NCBI GenBank assembly: GCA_951406725.2
Contig: OX597841.1
Coordinates: 15,810,001 to 15,874,000 of the forward strand
DNA length: 64,000 nucleotides
Origin: Octopus vulgaris
Lineage: Eukaryota
Direction of reading: 5' to 3'
The notes beneath the pieces were generated by a model that was given only the letters and a program-made list of their open reading frames with translations, ran no database searches and was not told the DNA's origin. This document shows, piece after piece, positions 13,379 through 27,432 of the stretch. The position numbers and the translations under genes were made by a program. How positions within the stretch are numbered: the first letter of the stretch is position 1; each line of letters begins with the position of its first letter.

Positions 13379-13574
13379 TTTGAAGACTCATGTTGTCGTT
13401 GTATGTTCGAAATGAGGAGTAGATAAAACAGCCGGCAACTGATGAAGGGTCGTTCTTTATGTTACTTGTCTTGTTTTTCATTTGTTTCTCTCGTTGTTTG
13501 CGTATTTAACTTGTTTTCGTACTTCATGTTGTTTACTGTTGGTGACGTCCTGTACCTATATATACATACGCACA

Positions 13575-13632
<58 letters not shown>

Positions 13633-13634
<2 letters not shown>

Positions 13635-13936
13635 CGCAGGAGTGGCTGTATGGTAAGTAGCTTGCTTAAGCCATGTGAGTGAATTTGGTAGACGGAAACT
13701 GAAAACTCGTCGTGTGTGTGTGTGTGTGTGTGTGTCTGTTTCCTCCAACATCTCCTGGCAACCGATGCTGGTGGGTTTACGTCACCGTAACGTAGCGGTT
13801 TATCAAAATAGAGCGATAGAATAAGTACTAGGCTTAAAACGAATAAGTCCTGGGGTCGATTTGATTCGACTAAAGGCGATGCTCCAGCATGGCCGCAGTC
13901 AAATGACTGCAGCAAATAAAAGAAAGCAATAAAAGA

Positions 13937-13938
<2 letters not shown>
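13633..13938 (+). mobile_element. SINE family A, internally deleted
   Basis: Head GGCGCAGGAGTGGCTG joined to GTGAGTGAATTTGGTAGACGG; tail complete. Confidence 0.85.
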
Positions 13939-14011
<73 letters not shown>

Positions 14012-14057
14012 TATACATATATATACATATATATACATATATATACATATATATACA

Positions 14058-14445
14058 TAAACTTAGATAAACTTAGATATGTTTCGACCAGAGATTGGTC
14101 CAGGCCATGTCTAACTTAATAGCACCACCTGATAGGATTATTCGAATCCTGTTTAAGTCAAGTTTTGTGCAAGTAGTGAGTTCTTGTTGGGTGAGTTGTA
14201 TCCAATTATGGGTGGCTTATCTGGTATATTTGAAGGAATCTATCCAGACTCTGTTTGAAGTTGATGGGATCCTTTTCCTCTTTGATCTCCCTCGGGACAA
14301 TGTTAAATAGGGCAGGGCCTGTTGAGGAAAAGAAATTATGTTGCAGTGTACATGTATGTTGTGATCTTGAATTTGGCAGGGGACGTATAGCCCGTGGTCC
14401 AAGTCTTGGATGAACCTTGAAGCTAATGTTTAGGTCGTTTGGGCA
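14058..14445 (-). mobile_element. CR1-type LINE 3' end (family 2)
   Basis: HPRLGPRAIRPLP...NFFSSTGPALFNIVPREIKEEKDPINFKQSLDRFL; tail shared with 4365-4612. Confidence 0.8.
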
Positions 14446-14861
14446 AAGTTGTAGAAAACACCTCGTCAAGGTGCCACGCAGCGGTACTGAACCCGGAACC
14501 ATGTGATTGAGAAGAAAGTTTCTTACCACATAGCTACACAAATATTTACTTAAGCCCTTCGGTTTGGAAGGGAAACAGGTCATCGATGACTTTTCTCCGC
14601 TGGTGTCTACTCTGGTCCTTAAGTATCTCTCCTTAACGGAGGGAAACCTTTCCTTTCTCAGGCCTTGCTGGTTTTGAACTATCACCGATATTTCTATAAT
14701 TTTGTTTTTGTTTTCTAGGTTGCGGTGTTGACCCCAACGCAATCCCCCTGTTACCTATGGCAAAAATTGTTGCATACTAGTCTGGGCTCTCTCCTTTGAC
14801 CCGTTCAGTATAAAAGACATTCCCAGGTGCTTGCGTTCTACAGGCACAGCCCCCAGCCTCA

Positions 14862-15254
14862 TCTCTCTATATATAAACGGCAGTTTGTCTGTCTGCGTGT
14901 CTGTGTGTCTGTTAGGTTGTACCCTCACCCTGACCACGGCTTTCAACCGATTCTGATGAAACTTGACACACACATAGCCCAATGTCATAATTCAAAACTA
15001 ACGCAGCGAAAACTTTGAAAAGTTTCCCCAGTTCTGAAAAAAATCGATAAATTCGACATGGGGTCGAGAATCAGAAACACAAACCACAGACTGTCTAGGG
15101 GGCGCAACTCGACCTTTTTAACTCTCAAAAAAAATTTACCATCATTTTTTTTTTTTTTTTGCTATTTTTTTGCTATTTTTTGGCTATAACTCTCTAAAAA
15201 TGCTTTATAGTTATTTCCCTTACATACCCGAGCAACGCCGGGCGATACTGCTAG
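14862..15254 (+). mobile_element. Non-autonomous Helitron
   Basis: A|TC start, (GTCT)-type microsatellite near the 5' end, subterminal hairpin CCCGAGCAACGCCGGG, CTAG|T end. Confidence 0.85.
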
Positions 15255-15439
15255 TTTAGACATACAAAGCACCACAGAAAACTGAAATTTGGAATGTATG
15301 TACGCATGCGTGTGTCTCAAAAACGCTGTTAAACACACTAACTACAGAGAACGAATGCAACTCTACAACACTCGAACAAATTTTTCTGTTTTATTATTTT
15401 CATGAAAGTATTTTTAAAGTGAAAGTGAAACTAGAAGTA

Positions 15440-16070
15440 ATATGTTGTGGTAGTCGTGGCGGCGGCGGTGATGTTGGTGGTGGTGTTGGTGGTGGTGGTG
15501 CTGCGGCTGCTGCTGATGCTGATGATGGTAGCGGTGACGGAGATGATGATGGAGGTAGAAGTGGTGCTGGTGCTGGTGCTGGTGGCGGTGATGGATGTGG
15601 CGATGGTGGAAGTGGTGGTGGTGGTAGTGGTTGTGGTGTTTGTGGTGGTTGCGGTGTCAACGGTGGTAGTGTTGCTAGTGGTGGCGGTAGTAGATGTGGT
15701 TGTAGTCGTGATGGAGGTAGTGTTTGAGACAGAGCAGAGCTGGTTGCGGTTCTGGTGGTAGTGGAGATGGTAGTGGTGATGGTGGTGGTAATGGTAGTTT
15801 TGGTGGTGGTGGTGGTGGTGGTGGTGGTGGTGGTGGTGGTGATGGTAGTGGTGGTGGTGGTAGTGGTGGTGGTGGTGGTGGTGGTGGTGGTGGTAGTGGT
15901 GGTGGTGGTGTTGGTGGTGGTGATGGTAGTGGTGGTGGTGGTCGTAGTGATGGTAGTGGTGGTGGTGGTGGTGATGGTGATGGTAGTGGTGATGGTGGTG
16001 GTGATGGTAGTGGTGGTGGGTGGTGGTGGTGGTAGTGGTGTTGGTGATAGTGGTGGAGTAGCGGTTAATT
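15440..16070. repeat. (GGT)n-rich low-complexity block
   Basis: Degenerate GGT/GAT/AGT triplets. Confidence 0.95.
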
Positions 16071-16508
16071 ATTGTTAGTGGAAAAGCTGCGTTGGTTCAA
16101 CCCCAGGTCAATCCTAATGAAGTGGTCCAATTTTTCAAAAGGCGTTCCAGACGTGACCATCTGGCCCTAATTTTCGTTTCCTTTCCTTTAAGAGAGTCTA
16201 GCGTATTGAGTAACACATTATTGAATGCGCCCCCATTTTGATATTCAGTTGTAGTGGCTTTGGCCCCAATGGCGGTGGTGGTGGTGGTGGTGGTGGTGGC
16301 GGCGGAGGTGGGCGTAGCAATTAGGGTTGGAATATTGGGGTGGAAAGTAGGGTAGATTGGGTCAGTGTGGTTAGCGGTGCGTGAAGGGATGGGGAGGGGC
16401 CGGTTCAACGGTTGGAAACCGGTAAGCATCGTCTCGTGTACATATGTGTGTGTGAGTGTTTGCATGTGTGTGTGTGTGTATACATATGTGTGTGTATATA
16501 TATATGTT

Positions 16509-16541
<33 letters not shown>

Positions 16542-16799
16542 GTATATTTATGTTTATAGATTTATGTGTATATATACGCATCTGTGTATATATGTAAACG
16601 TATGTATATATATATATACATAAATATGTATATGTGTGTATATATGTATTTATGTATATATATAATTGTGTACATGCATATGTCTGTATGTTTGTGTATA
16701 TGTATGTAGGTGTATATATGCACGAATGTTTGTATGCATTTATGCGCGTGTGTATATGTGTATGGCTGTGTATGTGTGCGTGTGTGCGTCAACATGTAT

Positions 16800-17090
16800 A
16801 TAATTATGTATGTATGCATCTATGCATGTACGTGTGTATGTATGTATGTATGAATATATGAATGTATGTGTGTGTATATATGTATGCATGCATGTATGTA
16901 TGTATGTATGTATGTATGTATGTATGTATGTATGTATGTATGTATGTATGTATGAATGTATGTGTGTATATATGTATGTATGCATGTATGTATGTATGTA
17001 TGCATGTATGTATGTATGTATGTATGTATGTATGAATGTATGTATGTATGTATGTATGTATGTATGTATGAATATATGAATGTATGTATG

Positions 17091-17124
<34 letters not shown>

Positions 17125-17142
17125 TGTATGTATGTATGTATG

Positions 17143-17176
<34 letters not shown>

Positions 17177-17245
17177 TGTATGTATGTGTGTATGTATGTA
17201 TGCATATATGTATGTATGTATGTATGTATGTAGTTATGTGTGTGT
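16800..17245. repeat. (TATG)n microsatellite
   Basis: Direct inspection. Confidence 0.95.
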
Positions 17246-17379
17246 ATGCACGTTCGTTCATGTGATCCCTTCGACAACAATCCCCTGCCCCCTAATGGCA
17301 GCAATTAAGGTCCCCACCCCCTGTTCTAGCGTCATGGACTCTGCAACTGTTCCACTTATGAAGTGGGGGGGGGGGGGCA

Positions 17380-18660
17380 CGGGTGCTGGTGGCGATGGTG
17401 GTGGTGGTGGCGGTGGTGTAGGTGTTTGTGGTTGTGGGTGGTTCTGGTCCTGGGTTTTTCTGCTGTGTCTCTAGTGGTGGCGTGTTGTGTTGCGGTGATA
17501 GTAAGAAATTGGTAGCGAATGGTGTTTGCATAAGAGGTGTTGGCGGTGGTGGTGGTGGTGGTGGTGGTGGTGGTGGCAGCAGTCGTAATAGTAAGGGGTT
17601 GGAGATGCTGGTAGTGGTGGTGGTGGTGATAGTTCTAATGGTGGTGGTAGTAGTGATGGTTGAGGTGGTAGTTGTGGTGGTAGTGGTTGTGATGGTGGTA
17701 GTAGTGATGGTCGTGGTGGTGATGATGATTGCGGTGATGGTGATGGTACTGCCAAATATGGGTGGTGGTGGTGGTGGTGGTGGTGGTGGTGGTGGTGGTG
17801 GTGGTGGTGGTGGTGGTAGTTGCGGTGGTAGTTGTGATGCTTGTGGTGAAAGTGGTGATGGTGGTAGTGGTTGTGGTGTTGGTAGTTGCGGTGGTAGTAG
17901 TGATGCTTGTGGTGGTTGAGGTGGTAGTTGTGGTGAATGTGGTGTTGGTTGTAGTTGCGGTGGTAGTAATGATGGTTGTAGTAGTGGTCATGGTACTAGT
18001 GTTGGTGGTAGTTGTAGTGGTAGTGGTGATAGCTGTAGTGTTGGTGGTGGTGGTAGTTGTGGTGATTGTGATGGTTGTTACTCTACTAGCAATAATGGTT
18101 GGGGTGGCGGTGCTGGTGCTGGTGATGGTGATGGTGGCAGTTGCGGTGGTAGTGGTGGTGATGATGATTGCGGTGATGGCGATGGTACTGCCAAATATGG
18201 GTGGTGGTGGTGGTGCTGGTGGTGGTGGTGCTGGTGGTGGTGGTGGTGGTGATGTGGTGGTGGTGGTGGTGGTGGTGCTGGTGATGGTGGCAGTTGCGGT
18301 GGTAGTGGTGGTGGTCGTGGTGGTGATGATGATTGCGGTGATGGCGATGGTACTGCCAAATATGGGTGGTGGTGGTGGTGCTGGTGGTGGTGGTGCTGGT
18401 GGTGGTGGTGGTGGTGTGGTGGTGGTGGTGGTGGTGGTGCTGGTGCTGGTGATGGTGGCAGTTGCGGTGGTAGTGGTGGTGGTCGTGGTGGTGATGATGA
18501 TTGCGGTGATGGCGATGGTACTGCCAAATATGGGTGGTGGTGGTGGTGGTGGTGGTGGTGGTGGTGGTGGTGGTGGTGATAGTGGTAGTCATCATCGTAG
18601 TCGTAGTGGTTTTTGTGGTACAGGTGGAGGGGGTGGAGGGGCGGGGTGTGGGTGTGGGTG
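17380..18660. repeat. (GGT)n block with a repeated unique core
   Basis: GATGATGATTGCGGTGATGG(C/T)GATGGTACTGCCAAATATGGGTGG occurs four times (~17720, 18160, 18325, 18492). Confidence 0.9.
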
Positions 18661-18859
18661 GGGGGTTGAGTGCGGGTGTGGGTGTGATGCGATTGGAGAT
18701 GGTCTGTCCAGAGCTCTAGCGATGAGAGGCAGGAGACGAAAGGGTTAGAGAGGATGTGGTGGTGGTGTGGGTCGTGGTAGGAACGGCGTTGCGTGGAGAA
18801 GTGGCCACGGCCCTTGTGCAATGGGATAATTAGGCGCAAGCAACAGCAACGACAGGCAA

Positions 18860-19056
18860 CAACAACTACTACTACTACAACTACTACTGCTACTACTACT
18901 ACTTACTACTGCTATTACTTGCTGCTACTGCTACTGCAACTACTGCTACTACACTACTACTGCACTACTACTGCTGTCTACTACTGCTACTGCTACTACT
19001 ACTGCCACTACTACTGCTATTACTACTACTATTACTGCTACTGCTACTACTTGCTG

Positions 19057-19099
<43 letters not shown>

Positions 19100-19110
19100 A
19101 AGCACTACTA

Positions 19111-19145
<35 letters not shown>

Positions 19146-19388
19146 ACTATCACTGCTACTACTCCCACTACTGTTACTACGACTACTACTAATATTACTA
19201 CTACTACTACCACTTCTACCACTACAACTGCTATTACTATTTCTACCAACACTACCACCACTACAACTACTAGTAGTAATAGTAATAGTAATAGTAGTAC
19301 TACTACTTCTACTACTACTACTACAGAAGCAGTTGAAACATGAATGACAACAGCAGCAATTAATTACAGAACAGCAATATTTATAGCA

Positions 19389-19436
<48 letters not shown>

Positions 19437-19449
19437 GCTGCTACTACTG

Positions 19450-19487
<38 letters not shown>

Positions 19488-19488
19488 G

Positions 19489-19532
<44 letters not shown>

Positions 19533-19533
19533 G

Positions 19534-19619
<86 letters not shown>

Positions 19620-19670
19620 ACTACTGTTGCTGCTATTGCTGCAGCTGCTACCACTACTACTACTACGACA
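18860..19670. repeat. (TAC/TGC)n microsatellite block
   Basis: Direct inspection. Confidence 0.95.
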
Positions 19671-19904
19671 ACGAAAGAAGCAGCCATAACATGCAACCTT
19701 CGCAGCAACAAAGGCAATATCAATAACAACAATTACAACAACAACAACAGCAGCAACAAAAAGCGAAAAAAGACGCGAGTGAAGCCGTGGAGTGAGGCGA
19801 TCGGGCGCAGCTGTTTTGGCGCTGACGATTTGGCGCGGCTGGGAGGGGATATAGAAAGCGTTTAGGCGACAGCAATTTTGGCGCTGCAGGAATATATAAT
19901 ATAG

Positions 19905-20967
19905 GGTGGTGGTGGTTGTGGTGGTGGTGGTGGCGTTCGCAATGGTGGTGGTGGTGGTGGTGGTGGTGGTGGTGGTGGTGGTGGTGGTGGTGGTGGCGTT
20001 CGCAATGGTGGTGGTGGTTGTGGTGGTGGTGGCGTTCGCAATGGTGGTGGTGGTGGTGGTGGTGGTGGTGGTGGTGGCGGCGGCGGCGGTAGGGTGGTGG
20101 TGTTTAGCAGTGGTGGTGGTGGTGGTGGTGGTGATAACAGTGTTTGCGGTGGTGGGTTCGGTGGTGTTGTCGCTGGTGGGTGGGGGTAATAGAGGTGGAG
20201 TGGAGGGGTTGCGGTTGTGGTGTTGGTAGTGATTGTGCGGGTGTTGGTGACGGTGATGCGTGGCGGTACTGGTGGTAGTGGTGGTGGTCGGCTCGTTGTG
20301 GTTGCTGTGGCTGTAGTTGTGATGGTGGTGGTGGTGGTGGTGGTGGTTGAGATTGTCATGGTGATACAACTTATAGTGGCAGCGGCGGTGGTGTTGCTAG
20401 TGGTTGTAATGGTGGTGGTGATGGTGGTAGCGGTTGAGGTGGTTGTGGTTGTGATGGTGATGGTTGTTGTTGTTGCTGTTGTTGTTGTGGTGGTGGTGGT
20501 GAAGGTGGCGGTGATGGTGCTGGTGCTGGTGGTAGTGGAGGTGATGGTGGTGGTGGTGTTGGTTGCATTGGTTGTTGTTGAGGGAGGTGCTGGTGGTGAT
20601 CATGGAGGTAGTGGAGGTAATGGTGGTGGTGATAGTGGTGGTTGCATTGGTTGTTGTTGAGGTGGTGGTGATGGTGGTGGCGGCGGTGGTGGTGGTGGTA
20701 TTTGTCGCTCTGACTGTGGGATGCGATACTAGTTGTCGTGGTGGCGGTGGCGGTGTTGATAGCGGCGGTGGGCAGGGGGTGGAGGCGATGGCGGCATCGA
20801 CGGTAGCGTTGGTAGTGATGGTGGTGGTGGTGGTGGTGGTGGTGGTGGTGGTGGTGGTGGTGGTGGTGGTGGTGGCGGGGACGGTTGTGACGGTAGTATT
20901 ATTGTTTGTTCTGTCTTATGTAAAACAACCAGGGTACACAAGGAAAACCTTGCCGTACACCATCTCC

Positions 20968-21021
<54 letters not shown>

Positions 21022-21628
21022 ATTCCAACTGGAATAATTAACTTTACTGTAAAGGTAAACAGCTACAGGGAGGGGTGGCGGGTGGTGTGGGGGACCCAAG
21101 AAGATTCCCAAAGAAATACGAACGGGAGATGGCGGCGTCGGCGTCGGCGTCGATGGTGGAGGCGGCGGCGGCGGCGGAGTGTTGGTGGTGGTTTTTGTTG
21201 CAAAAGAAGAAGTGTGAATGCGCGTGTGTGTGGAGGGGGGCGGGGAAGGGAAAAGATCCTGAGATATTGAGGGCCCCAAGGGCGAACTGAGCGGAGATAG
21301 GAGTAGGGCGGCGCGGCGGGGTTTGGCAGAGGAACGGCGGGGGCAGTGTCTACAATGGATTTGGTAAATATTGGAAATGCAGGCCCATCGTACGGTGGCG
21401 GCGGCGGCGGAGGCGGTGGCGGCGGAGGCGGAGGCGGCGGAGGCGGTGGCGGCGGAGGCGGTGGCGGCGGAGGCGGTGGCGGCGGAGGCGGCGGAGGCGG
21501 TGGCGGTCGAAGTATTAATGGCGATGGTGGTGGTGGTGTTGTTGTTGTTGGTGGTGGTGGTGGAGGTGATGGTGGTGGTGGTGGTGGTGATGGTGGTGAT
21601 GGTGATGGTGGTGTTGGTGTTGTTGTTG

Positions 21629-21660
<32 letters not shown>

Positions 21661-22020
21661 GGTGGTGGTGGTGGTGGTGGTGGTGGTGGTGGTGGTGGTG
21701 ATGGTGGTGATGGTGATGGTGGTGTTGGTGTTGTTGTTGTTGGTGGTGGTGGTGGTGGTAGTTTGGTGGTGGTGTTGGTGGTGGTGGTGGTGGAGGTGGT
21801 GGTGGTGATGATGGTGATGGTGATGGTGGTGGTGGTGGTGGAGGTGGTGGTGGTGATGATGGTGATGGTGGTAGTGGTGGTGGTGTGGTGATGTGGTGGT
21901 GATGGTGGTGGTGGTGGTGGTGGTGGTGATGATGGTGATGGTGGTAGTGGTGGTGGTGTGGTGATGTGGTGGTGATGGTGTGGTGGTGGTGGTGGTGGTG
22001 GTGGTGGTGGTGGTGGTTGT
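19905..22020. repeat. (GGT/GGC)n blocks flanking a unique island (21020-21390)
   Basis: Direct inspection. Confidence 0.9.
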
Positions 22021-23226
22021 GACGTCGAGGCTTATAGCGGTAGATGTTGCGGGAGTCAATCCATTTTGGCGGTGAGCGGGGGTGGGGAGAGCAGCTGATC
22101 CCTTCACAATGATGAAGGTGATGATGATGATGATGCTCGCGTAATAGGGGCTGTGACAGGCCCTGTAACTATTCACCCATAGATAGATAGATATATATGC
22201 ACATACATACATATAAATATACATAAATATACATATATATATATACATATATATATATTAAGGTATGTAGAAAAATACAACATGGACAAGAACGTATAAC
22301 TCTTAGAAGACGACACAATAAACACGGACAGGACATTCGAAACCCTCAGTCTTCAGTCAAGAACCGGATCATCGTAGTAATTTCGGCTACATACATACAT
22401 ACACCATACATATATATATATATATATATACGCACATACATATAAATATATATACACGTATATATATATATACATACATACACATTCAAACTTGTATGTA
22501 TATATATATATATATATGTATGTATATATATATAAATATATATTATACACACTCATGTACATGCATACATACCTATATATACACATACATACAAACACAC
22601 ACATACATACCAACACAAACACGTACATACATATATGCACCCATACATACATAAATACATACATATATATACATACATGCAAACATACGCACACACATAC
22701 TTAATAAACACACATACATACATACACACATACATACATACATACACACATATACATACATACACACATTGATACATACACACATACACACATACACACA
22801 CACATACATACACACATACACACATACACACACGCGCGCATACATACATACATACATACATACATACATACATACATACATACACATACATACACAGATG
22901 CATACACACATACATACATATATACACATACATACACACATACATACATTTATACATACATACACACACATACACGCATACATACATACATACACACACA
23001 TACACACACACACGCATACATACTTACATACTTACATACACACATACACACATACATACATATATACACACATACACGCACACACACACACATACATAGA
23101 TAACATGAATATCTTAATTAAAGCTTCGGCTGTTAGAGCGATTAAATCCTTCTCGTTCAATATTGTCTGTCTAGACCGAACTGGAAATCTTATTCAAATT
23201 ATGCAATTATGCACTATGAGTGTGTG

Positions 23227-23258
<32 letters not shown>

Positions 23259-23319
23259 GATACACATCTATGTCTCTCACTATCTGTTTGTCTGTCTATC
23301 TATTTATCTACCTATCTAC

Positions 23320-23356
<37 letters not shown>

Positions 23357-23365
23357 CATCCATCC

Positions 23366-23409
<44 letters not shown>

Positions 23410-23451
23410 GTCTATCTATCAATCTATCTATCCATCCATCCATCTATCTAT

Positions 23452-23479
<28 letters not shown>

Positions 23480-23527
<48 letters not shown>

Positions 23528-23651
23528 TTATCTGTCTACCCGTCTATCTATCTACCTATCTACCTCTCCTTCTCTTCCTCCCTTTCTCTAAATATATACA
23601 TATATTTATCTGTCATTCTCTGTGTTTCTCTCTCCCTCCCCCTCTGTTTCT

Positions 23652-23688
<37 letters not shown>

Positions 23689-23934
23689 CATATCTGTATG
23701 TACGTATGTATTATGTATGTATATATCGATACACAATACATATATACAATATATCAGTATATATTGCATTCATACACATATATACATAGATACATAGATA
23801 CATACATGTACGTACCTTTGCATATATATATATACATATATAAAAGTTTGCATGTACGTGTACGTATATGAGTGAATTTCCGTGTATGCACACATATGCG
23901 AGTGTGTGCATGTGCAACCATACATGTGTTCCTA

Positions 23935-23986
<52 letters not shown>

Positions 23987-24496
23987 GATAATGAGTTGAC
24001 AAAGATTTCAACAATCGGTTCGATAACCTTAGAAACTTGTTAATCATTAGTTATATATAATATATTCCGAATTTCTCCATAAAATTTAGCTTCATTAAAA
24101 ATGCCTCTTCATTGAATTGATATAAAAAAAAAAATAACGTTAAAATCTTGAAGCGAAAGAAGCAGACGACAGCCAGCCTGCTGTCGTCTGCTTCGGATAC
24201 GTTCGGCGTTGTGTATCCTTTAAAACATTTGCCTGTCCTTCTGTATCACATGCGATACAGAAGGACAAATTGTGGCCTCCATGAATCATATATGATACAC
24301 GTTTCTAATTTTTTGTTTTTAGCCTCTAGAACAGTGCTTTTCAACCTTTTTTGCTGGAGCGGAACCCCAAGGAAACATTCCACTGGCTCGAGGAACCCCT
24401 GTGCAATAATTTGTCTATCTATATGTCTATCTATCAATCTATCTATCTATCCATCCATCTATCAATCTATTTATCTATCTATCTATCTATCCATCC

Positions 24497-24570
<74 letters not shown>

Positions 24571-24631
24571 ATGTCTATCTATCAATCTATCTATCTATCC
24601 ATCCATCTATCAATCTATTTATCTTATGCAC

Positions 24632-24685
<54 letters not shown>

Positions 24686-24810
24686 TTATCTGTCTACCCG
24701 TCTATCTATCTACCTATCTACCTCTCCTTCTCTTCCTCCCTTTCTCTAAATATATACATATATTTATCTGTCATTCTCTGTGTTTCTCTCTCCCTCCCCC
24801 CTCTGTTTCT

Positions 24811-24859
<49 letters not shown>

Positions 24860-25109
24860 CATATCTGTATGTACGTATGTATTATGTATGTATATATCGA
24901 TACACAATACATATATACAATATATCAGTATATATTGCATTCATACACATATATACATAGATACATAGATACATACATGTACGTACCTTTGCATATATAT
25001 ATATACATATATAAAAGTTTGCATGTACGTGTACGTATATGAGTGAATTTCCGTGTATGCACACATATGCGAGTGTATGCATGTGCAGCCATACATGTGT
25101 TCCTATCTG

Positions 25110-25172
<63 letters not shown>

Positions 25173-25605
25173 GATAATGAGTTGACAAAGATTTCAACAA
25201 TCGGTTCGATAACCTTAGAAACTTGTTAATCATTAGTTATATATAATATATTCCGAATTTCTCCATAAAATTTAGCTTCATTAAAAATGCCTCTTCATTG
25301 AATTGATATAAAAAAAAAATAACGTTAAAATCTTGAAGCGAAAGAAGCAGACGACAGCCAGCCTGCTGTCGTCTGCTTCGGATACGTTCGGCGTTGTGTA
25401 TCCTTTAAAACATTTGCCTGTCCTTCTGTATCACATGCGATACAGAAGGACAAATTTCGCTGGCCTCCATGAATCATATATGATACACGTTTCTAATTTT
25501 TTGTTTTTAGCCTCTAGAACAGTGCTTTTCAACCTTTTTTGCTGGAGCGGAACCCCAAGGAAACATTCCACTGGCTCGAGGAACCCCTGTGCAATAATTT
25601 GTCTT
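23480..25605. repeat. ~1.19-kb near-identical tandem duplication
   Basis: Unique text recurs at an offset of 1185 (e.g. TTGAAGCGAAAGAAGCAGACG at 24148 and 25333). Confidence 0.9.
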
Positions 25606-25717
25606 ATGCACACATATCTGCACAGGAGAATTAAAAATTACTGTCGATTTGAGTATTTTTGTAATTTCTTGCGGAACCCCTGGACTGTACTGGCGGAGCC
25701 CTGGTTGAAAACCACTG
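25520..25717. mobile_element. hAT (Charlie-like) MITE
   Basis: TIRs CAGTGCTTTTCAACC / GGTTGAAAACCACTG; left flank CTCTAGAA. Confidence 0.85.
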
Positions 25718-25787
25718 ATATATATATAAATATATATGACAAAAGAAGTCTCTACAGGATTCGATGAAGCCATATTTTGCACATTTC

Positions 25788-25849
<62 letters not shown>

Positions 25850-25894
25850 ATGTGTATATTTAAAACACTATACAATATATATATATATATATAT

Positions 25895-26091
25895 CAGGGC
25901 TTTTCAACCTTTTTGCTGGAGCGGAACCCCAAGGAAACATTCCACTGGCTCGAGGAACCCCTGTGCAATAATTTGTCTTATGCACACATATCTACACAGG
26001 AGACTTAAAAATTACTGCCGATTTTAGTATTCTTGTAACTTCTTGCGGAACCCCTGGACTGTACTGGCGGAACCCTGGTTGAAAACCACTG
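25895..26091. mobile_element. hAT (Charlie-like) MITE, second direct copy
   Basis: TIRs CAGGGCTTTTCAACC / GGTTGAAAACCACTG; right flank CTCTAGAA. Confidence 0.85.
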
Positions 26092-26665
26092 CTCTAGAAC
26101 AACTTGCGATTTATTAAAGAAAAGTCTATCAAAGGAGACACACGGGTCAATGGTTAGGGTGCTGGAGACATGATTGTAAGATGGTGGTTTCAATTCCAGA
26201 ACCGGCGATGCGTTGTATTCTTGACCAAAATAATACATTAATACGGTATTCTTTTTCATTCGTGTTTTTTATTTGTTTGTCCGTGGACAAGATATCTCAA
26301 CAACCGCTGGATGGATTCGGATGAAACTTTCTTGGACGTTTGACCTCGTGACTGGCGCGAATGTTAAGATTTTGAGATCGATCCGGTACCAGATAAGGAC
26401 TCGGGATTATTTTTTCCCCTTTTTTAAAAAAAATATTTGAGGGCGGTTGGGTTCAATTTTAGTATTCTCGTTTGTGAGAGCAGTCGAGTTTATTTCAGAT
26501 ATTCTCATTTTTAAAAAATCATCTCTGGCTAATCGTTGTGGGAACGTTGGTGTTGCCTCACTTAGCTGATCAAAGTGAAAAATTCTGCAACAGGCCGGCA
26601 TCTCGATTAGGGCCGAATATATATATACCTTCGTTTTCGAACAACTCTGATCGTGAATAAATCGT

Positions 26666-26711
<46 letters not shown>

Positions 26712-26713
<2 letters not shown>

Positions 26714-26960
26714 GCGCTCTATTAAAACCTAGCCAGGATCATGGGCCCGGTTTCCCGGTTACCATGGCGTATGTGTTCCACAGCTTGATGGGACGCCGGT
26801 CCATCGCAGCGTTACTCGTTTTTGCCAGCTGAGTGGACTGGAGCAACGTGAAATAAAGCGTTTTGCTCAAAAACACAAGGCGTCGCCTGGTCCAGGAATC
26901 GAAACCACAACCTTACGATCATGATGCTGACACCCGAACCACTAAGCCACGCGCCTCCAC
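26712..26960 (-). mobile_element. tRNA-derived SINE family C (V-domain-like)
   Basis: Reverse complement of 55812-56060; contains CTGCGATGGACCGGCGTCCCATC. Confidence 0.85.
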
Positions 26961-26986
26961 ACACACATACATACATACATACATAC

Positions 26987-27073
<87 letters not shown>

Positions 27074-27358
27074 AGCTAGATAGATAGATAGATAGATAGG
27101 CAAAGAGACAGAAAGACAAACATGTAGATAGATAGATGGATAGGTAGATAGATAGATAGATCGACAAACATGCAACAGATAGAAAGACAGACAGGCAGAC
27201 AGACAGACAGCTAGATATACAGATAGACAGACAAATAGATATATTGCTAGATACACGGATAAACATACAGACAGACAGAGAGACAGTCAGACAAACAGAC
27301 AAACAGACAGATAGGTAGAGAAAGCGAGAAAGAGAGAGAAAGAGATGGATGGATAGAT

Positions 27359-27432
<74 letters not shown>

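Noticed and set aside
13405-13460. CTGATGA as a hammerhead core (related CTGAAGA at ~56900, 22340 and 59485 on the minus strand)
   Set aside because: No GAAA after the hairpin and no convincing helices I/III; not counted among the motifs.
15419-22248. Gly-rich or Val/Thr-rich ORFs resembling structural (beak, sucker, glue) proteins
   Set aside because: Frames shift constantly, there is no signal peptide or splice structure, and the GGT triplet drifts among frames as a DNA-level repeat does.
25741-25775. GAAGTCTCTACAGG as a miR-10/993-like sequence
   Set aside because: Partial resemblance only, with no precursor hairpin.
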